Part shown: one piece after another, positions 1-7,409 of the stretch
Numbering within the stretch: position 1 is the stretch's first letter
Layout of the letters: each line of letters begins with the position of its first letter
Source: Alteromonas sp.
GTDB lineage: Bacteria; Margulisbacteria; Marinamargulisbacteria; UBA6595
Reading direction: 5' to 3'
DNA length: 13,475 nucleotides
NCBI GenBank assembly: GCA_964220215.1
Contig: CAXPTH010000014.1
Location: 1-13,475 of the forward strand
Translations under genes and position numbers: made by a program
Notes under the pieces: model-generated
Databases searched by the model: none
Told to the model about the DNA's origin: nothing
What the model saw: only the letters and a program-made list of their open reading frames with translations

Positions 1-71
1 CACTCATTGATTTTTCGCAACTCATGATTGCTTTCTATTTTCTTTTCTAAATCAATGTCGTAAAATGCCAT
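1..71 (-). CDS. N-terminal fragment of a probable IS5/IS1182-type transposase (runs off the window)
   Basis: Not in the ORF track. Minus strand reads GGAGGA-TACAA-ATG (RBS at 77-82), then MAFYDIDLEKKIESNHELRKINE. This resembles the 'LE..ip.dH.LRkI' N-terminus of DUF772/IS5/IS1182 transposases. Only 23 codons are visible. Confidence 0.6.
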   Translation of the reverse strand, partial: MAFYDIDLEKKIESNHELRKINE

Positions 72-169
72 TTGTATCCTCCTTATACTTTTCATATATA
101 TTTACTAAGTATAAAGGATTACTCAGCCAGCTTACAGCTGGCTGATTCATTTAATTTCGCAACAGTCCC
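1..169 (-). mobile_element. Left end of a probable insertion sequence; terminal inverted repeat GGGACTGTTGCGAAA at 155-169
   Basis: The 15-mer resembles IS5/IS1182-type ends. It lies ~85-100 bp upstream of the transposase-like start, where the SIR2-like frame loses continuity (in-frame TAA at 152-154). There is an internal hairpin TCAGCCAGCT-TAC-AGCTGGCTGA at 123-145. The other end is not in the window. Confidence 0.55.
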
Positions 170-778
170 ACTTTAGCAAAACCAAAAGTCTATCAACCTT
201 TTGACTTGTATCAAATTCCAATGCACTATGAACTGCAAAGATATCCTGGAGCAGTGCTGGGTAGCGAAACAAAATCAGCCCCACATTTAGTAAAGCTTCA
301 TGGGTCAATTAATTGGTACTTCTCAGGTAATTTTGAGTACAAAACTGAGCAGTTATATTATTCTAAATCCGATGTTCCTGATTTATGTCCTTTTATCATT
401 CCACCGACACTTGATAAAAATACGTTCTACAAGCACAATTCTTTACAGCATTTGTGGTATAAAGCGTCATCGTACATCAAACATGCAACAGATATATATT
501 TTATTGGATACTCTTTTCCTGAAAGCGATCTTCCGGTTCGATTCTTTTTTCAAGATAACCTAAATGCTGTTACAGATGAGGGTAAGTCTCTGATACCTAA
601 AAGGAAATTACATCTTGTGAACAAATGTGCAGATGAGGATGCCTGCAATAAACTCATAGCTCGCTATGAACATTATCTCTGCAGTACCACAGAAGTATCA
701 ATTAAAATGGAAACAACGTATTGTGGCTATGCGTCCGATACCAATTACCTAGAAAAATTTATCGATAATCTTGAATAA
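170..778 (+). pseudogene. C-terminal half of a SIR2-like (SIR2_2) domain protein, probably 5'-truncated by the IS
   Basis: Motifs LVKLHGSINW, IIPPTLDK and IYFIGYSFPESD are typical of SIR2_2 proteins. The N-terminal GAGxS and TxNYD motifs are missing, and there is no good start or RBS (TTG at 206). The sequence is AT-rich. Confidence 0.75.
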
Positions 779-832
779 GTACCTACAGTGACCGATGTGC
801 GAACTATGCTATTAGCCAAAGTAAATGCATTT

Positions 833-1216
833 TGGTGGAGGTGAGCGGAATTGAACCGCTGTCCAAATTGGAGACCCCGAGGCCCACTACGAGTGTAGTT
901 TATTTCTTGTATTTAATTCAGTTGACACGAAACAAACAAACCCAACTGAACGAGACCCTGTTTCATTTAATTGGATAAACGCAGACCCACCGTTTACCAA
1001 CGAGATAGCATCATGATACCGAGTTTGACCAGGCTATCACCAGTCAACCGGCATTACTACTTAAATACGATTAAGCAGCTAAAGCGCCTGCAAATGCATG
1101 CGCTTCATTTGTATAACTGTTGCCAATTATAGTTTTCTGCCTTTTTACGTGGCCGGGCAGCTCCACGACTCGCGTGCTTCAGGTTCCAGTCCAATCTGTC
1201 GAAACCGGACACCCCC
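833..1216 (-). ncRNA. ssrA: tmRNA (transfer-messenger RNA), 384 nt
   Basis: 5' end GGGGGTGTCCGGTTTCGAC. 3' end GGACAGCGGTTCAATTCCGCTCACCTCCACCA, with T-arm, acceptor stem and encoded CCA. The internal tag frame ends in ALAA-stop. Confidence 0.97.
1071..1124 (-). other. tmRNA proteolysis tag reading frame (A)GNSYTNEAHAFAGALAA*
   Basis: ATAATT precedes the putative resume codon GGC. The frame ends GCT TTA GCT GCT TAA. Confidence 0.85.
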
Positions 1217-1251
1217 ATCAAAGACCCTGTGCACACATGGCACTGGTTATT

Positions 1252-1260
1252 AGTATAGCA
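1252..1260 (-). promoter_or_regulatory. Extended -10 promoter (TGCTATACT) for ssrA
   Basis: TGn-TATACT lies about 35 nt upstream of the mature tmRNA 5' end, in the coaX-ssrA gap. Confidence 0.6.
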
Positions 1261-1267
1261 TAGGTCC

Positions 1268-1951
1268 TCACCCCACCACCGCCGCTAGGCCATGAAAGAT
1301 TAAATGGGTGTCAAAATAATCCAGATCCAGGGCATCGTGAAGCACTGTCATGCCCGTTCCGGTGCCAATAATTGCAATGCCCGGGTGCGAGTCTCGATAC
1401 GCCGAAATAAACCCCGATAACGTATACACCGCGCTGCGGTACAAGCCAATTTGAATGGCTTCTTGTGTCGTCTGACCACAATAACTATCCGTCGGCTCTA
1501 CCCACACATCGGGCAATTGCGCCGTGTAGCGATGCAATGCCTTGGCCGACAACGCCAACCCCGGTAAAATCACCCCCCCATGGTACACCCCCTCCGCATC
1601 CACATAACACAACGTCGTCGCCGTGCCCGAATCAATCACCAAACAGGCCCCCTGCGCATGGCGATAGCCGGCTAAAGCCGTCGCCAATCGGTCCGCACCC
1701 ACCTGCTGGGGCTCCGGAATACCAACCCGAAGATCCGGAATCGTGTCCGGACTCACAAACACGCACCCCGGCCGGGCTGAAAACAACGCCGTGCTTTGGG
1801 GCACTACAGAGGCCACCACGCATCGGGCACTCGCAGGCAGCATTGACACTGAAAACGCGGGCGTCTGACACGCCGATACCGGACCCAACTGGCCATCGGT
1901 GACCACGCACCACTGCGTCATTGAATTGCCAACATCCACCAAAACCGTCAC
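1268..1951 (-). CDS. coaX: Type III pantothenate kinase
   Basis: Motifs VDVGNS, VGADR, VIDSGTATT, GGVILPG and the TT.EAIQ.G region. It overlaps the murG stop by 4 nt. Confidence 0.95.
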   Translation of the reverse strand: MTVLVDVGNSMTQWCVVTDGQLGPVSACQTPAFSVSMLPASARCVVASVVPQSTALFSARPGCVFVSPDTIPDLRVGIPEPQQVGADRLATALAGYRHAQGACLVIDSGTATTLCYVDAEGVYHGGVILPGLALSAKALHRYTAQLPDVWVEPTDSYCGQTTQEAIQIGLYRSAVYTLSGFISAYRDSHPGIAIIGTGTGMTVLHDALDLDYFDTHLIFHGLAAVVG

Positions 1952-2988
1952 GATGCCGCCCCCTGAACCGCCTGCAACACCGCCAACACCGCTTGGGTAG
2001 CATCCGCCTCCGCCCCAACAGCCATGGCCGTGCGATACGCCGGTGCCTGGGCCAATACTGATGCAACCTGAGCCTGCACCCGATTGGGGGTTAAATCCGA
2101 TTGCTCAATCACAGCACAAATACCCCGCGATTCAAAATAACGGGCATTGTCAATTTGATCCCCCCGACTATACTTGGCCGGCAAGGGCACCACAATGTGG
2201 GGGCATTGATAATACCGCAACTCAGACAAAGAGCCCGCCCCACCCCGACACACGGCCACATCGGCCATCGCCAACCAATCCCCAAAGCCCTCTGCAATAT
2301 ACTGGACCGGATAATATCCCGGCTGCGCCGCCGGCAACGGCCCATGCCCCACCACATGGGCCACTTGATACTGCGTTAACGCCTGCGGCAACCACTGGGC
2401 AACACAGTCGTTAATGGCCGCCGCACCCAGGCTACCCCCAAATACCACAACCACCGGCCGATTGGCATCAAACCCGCAGTGCGCCCGCGCGCGGGCACCG
2501 TCCCCTTGCCGAATGCCCTGACGAATGGGAATCCCCGTCACAACCGCCCGGTCCGGCCGCCGCAACAACGCCCGCGTCTCCGGTACCGCCAAGCAAATTT
2601 TCCGAGCCATGTATTGTGACAATCGGGTGGTTAACCCCACGGTCACATCCGATTCGTGAATAACCACCGGAATGCGCAACAGCCACGCCGCAATGACCAC
2701 CGGCAAGGCCACATACCCCCCCTTTGAAAACACCACCTGAGGCTTCAATCGACGCAAATGCCACAACGCCTGCCCAATACCCGCCAACACTTTGATCCAA
2801 TCTAAGCCATTTTGCACACTAAAATATCGGCGCCACTTGCCCGATAAAATGGGATAAAACGGATACCCCCGCAACGCCTGCGCCTCCACACTGCTATACC
2901 CTCCAATGTAGGCACCGCCAACGTGCTCCAACAATGCCATGTTTGGACCAATATGGCCCATCGTACCGCCACCAGTAAATACAATCAT
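1948..2988 (-). CDS. murG: Undecaprenyl-PP-MurNAc-pentapeptide N-acetylglucosaminyltransferase
   Basis: Motifs TGGGTMGHIGP, FSKGGYVALP, IHESD, FGGSLGA, CRGGAGSLSE and RGDQIDNA. Confidence 0.95.
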   Translation of the reverse strand: MIVFTGGGTMGHIGPNMALLEHVGGAYIGGYSSVEAQALRGYPFYPILSGKWRRYFSVQNGLDWIKVLAGIGQALWHLRRLKPQVVFSKGGYVALPVVIAAWLLRIPVVIHESDVTVGLTTRLSQYMARKICLAVPETRALLRRPDRAVVTGIPIRQGIRQGDGARARAHCGFDANRPVVVVFGGSLGAAAINDCVAQWLPQALTQYQVAHVVGHGPLPAAQPGYYPVQYIAEGFGDWLAMADVAVCRGGAGSLSELRYYQCPHIVVPLPAKYSRGDQIDNARYFESRGICAVIEQSDLTPNRVQAQVASVLAQAPAYRTAMAVGAEADATQAVLAVLQAVQGAAS

Positions 2989-2999
2989 ATCTATGTTTA

Positions 3000-3016
3000 A
3001 GTATATCAGGTATACT
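3000..3016. promoter_or_regulatory. Back-to-back divergent -10 elements (AGTATA-N5-TATACT) in the 39-bp murG/regulator gap
   Basis: TATACT on the minus strand at 3000-3005 (with TGn extension) and on the plus strand at 3011-3016. Each lies 11 nt before its ATG. Confidence 0.5.
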
Positions 3017-3027
3017 ACTATTAGCGT

Positions 3028-4461
3028 ATGACATCACATCAGTTGCCCAATCAACAACTCAACGAGAGCCAACGCCGCGACATTATCGCCTGTTGGCTCA
3101 ACCAACTATCTCGAAGCCCCCATTTTTCCACGACAACCGATCAGTTCTATGAAACCTCTAACCAACTACTCAACACCGTTTGGCACGCCACCGCCAACCA
3201 GCCGTATCCCAGCGTGGACACCGAGGCTTTGTCCGAATCGTTTAGTATTTGGCATGGCATGCTCAATGAGTTGCGTAAAAAAGGATTTACCACCCGAGAC
3301 AGTGCCTTGCTTATTTTTTCACTAAAATCGGGCATTGCCGATTATTTAAATACAACCCCAGACCCTCAACTCGCCAAAATTACCCCGTTTTTAGACCTAT
3401 TTGCCCGCTTAACCTTTGAAATTTACTCCGCCGAACACGACGATATCATTCAACAACAATCCGACCAAATTGCCTATTTGCAAGACCACAAGCTCACGTT
3501 GTCGTCGACCCTGCTGGCTAGCCAAAGTCCCGTTATGGCAACCGTCTACAAGGCCATCGGTCTGATTTTGGAAAACGATGTCACCGTGTTGCTGCAAGGG
3601 GAAAGCGGAACCGGTAAAGATGTTCTGGCCCGCCTCATACACAGCAACTCATCCCGAAAAGGCAAACCCTTTGTGACCCTAAACTGCGGGGCTATTCCCA
3701 AAGAGCTGATTGAATCGGAACTGTTTGGCCATGAAAAAGGCGCATTTACCGGTGCCGATGCCAAACGCTTGGGTAAATTTGAATTAGCCAACGGGGGCAC
3801 CCTCTTTTTGGATGAGATTGGAGAGTTAAGCCTGGACTTGCAGGTAAAGTTGCTGCGCGTGATTCAAAATCGGCAGATCGAGCGTGTGGGGGGCTCTCAA
3901 TCGGTCCCTGTGGATGTGCGGATTATTGCCGCAACCCACGTTGATTTAGAAGCCGCCGTCCAAGCCAAGACGTTTCGCCTGGACCTATTTTACCGACTCA
4001 ATGTCTACCCCATTTTAGTTCCTGCATTGCGGGATCGAAAAGAAGACATTGTCCCATTGGCGCACTTTTTTATTAAGCTGTATTGCGAGCAATTCAAACT
4101 GCCCCACAAACACCTGGGCAACGATGCCCAAGCCTATTTACTCAATTACGCCTTTCCTGGCAATATCCGAGAATTGGAAAATTTAATGCAACGCGCCGTC
4201 ATCATGAGCCCAGACACCATCACCGCCACGATCTTGCAAACCAAGCCCGGCGAATTGCGCCCCACCCCATTGGCCTTATCCGAGCCCAAAGTTACAGAGC
4301 CACTACCCTCTGAAATTGTTCCCCTAGCCACCCTAGAAGCCGCCGCCATTCGGGCCGCATTGGACCAAAAATCAGGCAACATCAAACAAACGGCCGATGC
4401 CCTTGGAATCTCACGGACCACCCTTTATAATAAAGCCAAACGTTATGGGATATCGCTTTAA
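3028..4461 (+). CDS. Sigma54-dependent enhancer-binding protein (AAA+ and Fis HTH) with an RsbR-like N-terminal sensor domain
   Basis: Walker A GESGTGKD, ESELFGHEKGAFTGA, Walker B LFLDEIGE, FPGNIRELEN and HTH TADALGISRTTLY. The N-terminus is not a receiver domain and contains GFTTRDSALLIFSLK...LDLFARLTFEIY...IIQQQ. Confidence 0.93.
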   Translation: MTSHQLPNQQLNESQRRDIIACWLNQLSRSPHFSTTTDQFYETSNQLLNTVWHATANQPYPSVDTEALSESFSIWHGMLNELRKKGFTTRDSALLIFSLKSGIADYLNTTPDPQLAKITPFLDLFARLTFEIYSAEHDDIIQQQSDQIAYLQDHKLTLSSTLLASQSPVMATVYKAIGLILENDVTVLLQGESGTGKDVLARLIHSNSSRKGKPFVTLNCGAIPKELIESELFGHEKGAFTGADAKRLGKFELANGGTLFLDEIGELSLDLQVKLLRVIQNRQIERVGGSQSVPVDVRIIAATHVDLEAAVQAKTFRLDLFYRLNVYPILVPALRDRKEDIVPLAHFFIKLYCEQFKLPHKHLGNDAQAYLLNYAFPGNIRELENLMQRAVIMSPDTITATILQTKPGELRPTPLALSEPKVTEPLPSEIVPLATLEAAAIRAALDQKSGNIKQTADALGISRTTLYNKAKRYGISL

Positions 4462-5866
4462 TTTTTCTTATATCATGGGAGGGGTTTTAATGGCCCTGTT
4501 CATAACGATCACTCCGTACGCCCAGGCAGCCGATGGTTTGGCCGATTTAAAAGCAACCAGCCGTGCCTTTAATCGGGTGGCGGAGGCGGGCATTGATGCG
4601 GTTGTCAATATTAGCGCAACCCAAAAACAGCCCCAATCGTTAAATGGCTATTCCAACACAGACCCGTTTGATTTTTTCTTTGGGGATGATCTATTTAAAC
4701 ACTATTTCCAACAACCACCGTCGAAACAAACCAGTTTAGGATCGGGCGTTTTAGTAGATAATAGCGGATACATTTTGACCAATCACCACGTGGTGGACAA
4801 TGCCGCCGACATCACCGTCACCCTATCCGATAAAAACGAGTTTTCAGCAACGCTTGTGGGCAGCGACCCCCGGACCGATGTTGCTGTTTTAAAAATCAAA
4901 CCCGAATCAAAACCGCTGCCGGCCATCCAGTTGGGGGATTCAGACACCTTGCGTGTGGGCGACTGGGCCATTGCTATTGGCAGTCCGTTTGGGCTATCCA
5001 AATCCATGACGGTGGGGATTATTAGTGCCACGGGCCGATCCAATGTTGGCATTGTGGATTACGAAAATTTTATTCAAACGGATGCGGCCATTAACCCGGG
5101 CAATTCCGGCGGGGCCTTGTTGGATATTGACGGCCAACTCATTGGCATTAATACGGCTATCTTTACAAAAAGTGGGGGCTACAATGGCATTGGGTTTGCG
5201 ATCCCGATTAATTTGGCAAAAAAAGTTATGACCGATCTAATTGAGCACGGCCACGTCATTCGGGGCTGGATTGGGGTCATTATTCAACCCATCACACCCG
5301 AATTGAGCCAACAATTAACGTTAGACTCCAATGCCGGCGCTCTAATTGGGGACTTGGTTCCCAATGGCCCTGCGGACACAGCCGGTATCCGACGCGGCGA
5401 TGTCATCACCCACATTAACGACACCCCCATTGACGATTACAACGACCTACGCAATCGCATTAGCCAATCCCCCGTTGGCCAATCCGTTCAGCTAACCCTA
5501 ATCCGGAAGAAAAAAACGAAAACCGTGTCTGTAACCGTGGATCGATTTCCCGATGATGTGGAACAAACCGCCGCTGCCAACCAACACGATACCCTAGGCA
5601 TCCGTGTGGAGCCCATTCAAGCCGATGCCCAACGCGATTTTACTGTGTATGAACAATCGGGACTAGTGATCACCCAAGTCGCCCCCGATGGCCCCGCTGC
5701 CGGTATATTGGAAACGGGTGACGTGCTGCTTGAAATCAACAATACTCGGATTGACACACTCAGCGATTATACCCAAACGGTTGCCAAGTTGCCAGCAGGC
5801 AAAAACGTTCTATTATGGATCCGCCGTGGGCGCTATTCTCAATACGTCGTTATTCGACCAAAGTAA
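4445..5866 (+). CDS. degP: DegP/DegQ (HtrA, Do family) serine endoprotease with two PDZ domains
   Basis: Catalytic triad contexts TNHHVV, TDVAVL and INPGNSGG, plus two PDZ repeats. The start is uncertain (4445, 4475 or 4490); 4445 gives the best signal peptide, ending AQA. Confidence 0.93.
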   Translation: MGYRFNFSYIMGGVLMALFITITPYAQAADGLADLKATSRAFNRVAEAGIDAVVNISATQKQPQSLNGYSNTDPFDFFFGDDLFKHYFQQPPSKQTSLGSGVLVDNSGYILTNHHVVDNAADITVTLSDKNEFSATLVGSDPRTDVAVLKIKPESKPLPAIQLGDSDTLRVGDWAIAIGSPFGLSKSMTVGIISATGRSNVGIVDYENFIQTDAAINPGNSGGALLDIDGQLIGINTAIFTKSGGYNGIGFAIPINLAKKVMTDLIEHGHVIRGWIGVIIQPITPELSQQLTLDSNAGALIGDLVPNGPADTAGIRRGDVITHINDTPIDDYNDLRNRISQSPVGQSVQLTLIRKKKTKTVSVTVDRFPDDVEQTAAANQHDTLGIRVEPIQADAQRDFTVYEQSGLVITQVAPDGPAAGILETGDVLLEINNTRIDTLSDYTQTVAKLPAGKNVLLWIRRGRYSQYVVIRPK

Positions 5867-5875
5867 AACCCCTTG

Positions 5876-6163
5876 GCTTCGATACACCGTCTTCGACGGC
5901 ACTCAGCCACCGTTCATCCCATCACCCACGTGCCCCGGCTTCGATACACCGTCTTCGACGGCACTCAGCCACCGTTCGTCCCATCCTCTAAGTTCCCCAA
6001 GCACACCAAGTTCCCCAGCTTCGATACACCGTCTTCGACGGCACTCAGCCACCGTTTGTGCCATCCTATAAGTTCCCCAAGCACACCAAGTTCCCTGAGT
6101 GATCGCGACAGCGATTGTATCGAAGGGAGCGATTGTATCGAAGGGAGCGATTGTATCGAAGGG
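5876..6163. repeat. Left cluster of REP-like hairpin repeats: A units at 5876-5914, 5938-5976 and 6018-6056; B unit at 6091-6127; tandem 18-mers to 6163
   Basis: A = GCTTCGATACACCGTCTTCGACGGCACTCAGCCACCGTT (39 nt, identical copies). B = TTCCCTGAGTGATCGCG(A/T)CAGCGATTGTATCGAAGGG (37 nt). The 18-mer AGCGATTGTATCGAAGGG occurs three times in tandem. Confidence 0.95.
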
Positions 6164-6171
6164 AGCGAGTG

Positions 6172-6540
6172 ATGAGTATGGGGTATATGTACATTTTAGA
6201 GTGCTGCGATGGCAGTTATTATACGGGTAGCACTAAACACTTAAAGAAAAGGCTTTTGGAGCATCAAAGTATGCTAGGGGCTAATTATACAAAAAAGAGA
6301 CAACCTGTAAAACTTGTGTATTTTGAAGAATTTAAACGAATTGATGAAGCGTTTTATCGAGAAAAACAGGTGCAAGGGTGGAGTCGCAAAAAAAAGCAGG
6401 CCTTAATAGAACAGTCGAAAGAAAAATTAGCCGCATTGTCCAAAAAACACTTTGGCTTCGATACACCGTCTTCGACGGCACTCAGCCACCGTTCATCCCA
6501 TCACCCACGTGCCCCGGAGTACACCAAGTTCCCTGAGTGA
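6172..6540 (+). CDS. Small GIY-YIG nuclease (UPF0213/YhbQ/SLX1-like), 122 aa with a repeat-derived C-terminal tail
   Basis: YMYILECCDGSYYTGST...RLLEH...GANYTKKRQPVKLVYFEEF...AFYREKQVQGWSRKKK. The ORF-track start at 6115 lies inside repeats. ATG 6172 follows AAGGGAG. Confidence 0.93.
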   Translation: MSMGYMYILECCDGSYYTGSTKHLKKRLLEHQSMLGANYTKKRQPVKLVYFEEFKRIDEAFYREKQVQGWSRKKKQALIEQSKEKLAALSKKHFGFDTPSSTALSHRSSHHPRAPEYTKFPE

Positions 6541-6835
6541 TCGCGTCAGCGATTGTATCGAAGGGAAGAAGGGAGCAATTGTATCGAAGGGAGCTTTGGC
6601 TTCGATACACCGTCTTCGACGGCACTCAGCCACCGTTCGTCCCATCCTCTAAGTTCCCCAAGCACACCAAGTTCCCTGAGTGATTGCGTCAGCAATTGTA
6701 TCGAAGGGAAACACACCAAGTTCCCTGAGTACACCAAGTTCCCTGAGTGATCGCGTCAGCGATTGTATCGAAGGGAGCGATTGTATCGAAGGGAAGAAGG
6801 GAGCGATTGTATCGAAGGGAAGAAGGGAAGAAGGG
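6455..6835. repeat. Right cluster of the same repeats: A at 6455-6493 and 6599-6637; B at 6529-6565, 6672-6708 and 6739-6775; partial B units and AAGAAGGG runs
   Basis: Direct comparison with the left cluster. The linkers CATCCCATCACCCACGTGCCCCGG and CGTCCCATCCTCTAAGTTCCCCAAGCACACCAAG are also re-used on both sides of the gene. Confidence 0.95.
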
Positions 6836-6840
6836 AAAAA

Positions 6841-7407
6841 TCAAGATTGAGACCCATGGTCGACGTAGCGCAAAATAGCCGTCCAATAGAGCAGTAGAAT
6901 CAAAATAACTATGACCAAATTCAGCATTAGCACCATGGGCAACGCCCCCAAAATCCCAACAAACACAAACACGCTCAAACACCCCAACACAATACCCAAT
7001 CGCAGGGATTGAAGCCCAACCGCCGCAGCCACCGTCACCCCAAAAAACGCCAAGCATACCCCCCAATCCAAGGCAACATAAATCCCACACAACAGCAACA
7101 ACACCATGGCCGGATGCGCGTTGTTGCGATGATCCCACCAATAATGGGCCACCAACCCCACCGCCAGCCCAACCAAACTGTTCACCCCCACACTCGTGAT
7201 CCCCTGCATCAACACAACCCCCTTCACCACCACAACCGCATTGGCCAACAGCGCCTGAACCACTGCCCAGGAAACAAACACCACCACCTGTTTCTGAGGG
7301 CCCACCAAAAATCGCCAAGCATAGCTCGACACCGCCATAAACACCTGCCGCCATGGCACACGCCCGACAGCAGCCACGGTGATAAGGCTAATGGCCCAAT
7401 CCAGCAT
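6841..7407 (-). CDS. Integral membrane protein, divergent PlsY (glycerol-3-phosphate acyltransferase)-like
   Basis: Multiple hydrophobic segments. VGRVPW, VVKG and LVAHYW align by eye with PlsY LGSIPF, ilKG and LGHxFP. It directly follows the aspartokinase stop (start ATG 7407 or GTG 7410). Confidence 0.5.
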   Translation of the reverse strand: MLDWAISLITVAAVGRVPWRQVFMAVSSYAWRFLVGPQKQVVVFVSWAVVQALLANAVVVVKGVVLMQGITSVGVNSLVGLAVGLVAHYWWDHRNNAHPAMVLLLLCGIYVALDWGVCLAFFGVTVAAAVGLQSLRLGIVLGCLSVFVFVGILGALPMVLMLNLVIVILILLLYWTAILRYVDHGSQS

Positions 7408-7409
7408 CA

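Noticed and set aside
833..872. Stand-alone tRNA gene
   Set aside because: This is the tRNA-like 3' domain of tmRNA; the matching 5' end and tag frame are present.
5688..6750. Short ORFs 5688-6071, 5873-6172, 6452-6652, 6546-6737 and 6553-6750
   Set aside because: They are translations of the DNA repeats with no independent coding evidence.
5876..6835. CRISPR array (37-39 nt repeats with spacers next to a nuclease)
   Set aside because: The linkers are re-used and related rather than unique, the spacing is irregular, two inverted repeat types are interleaved, and no cas genes are present.
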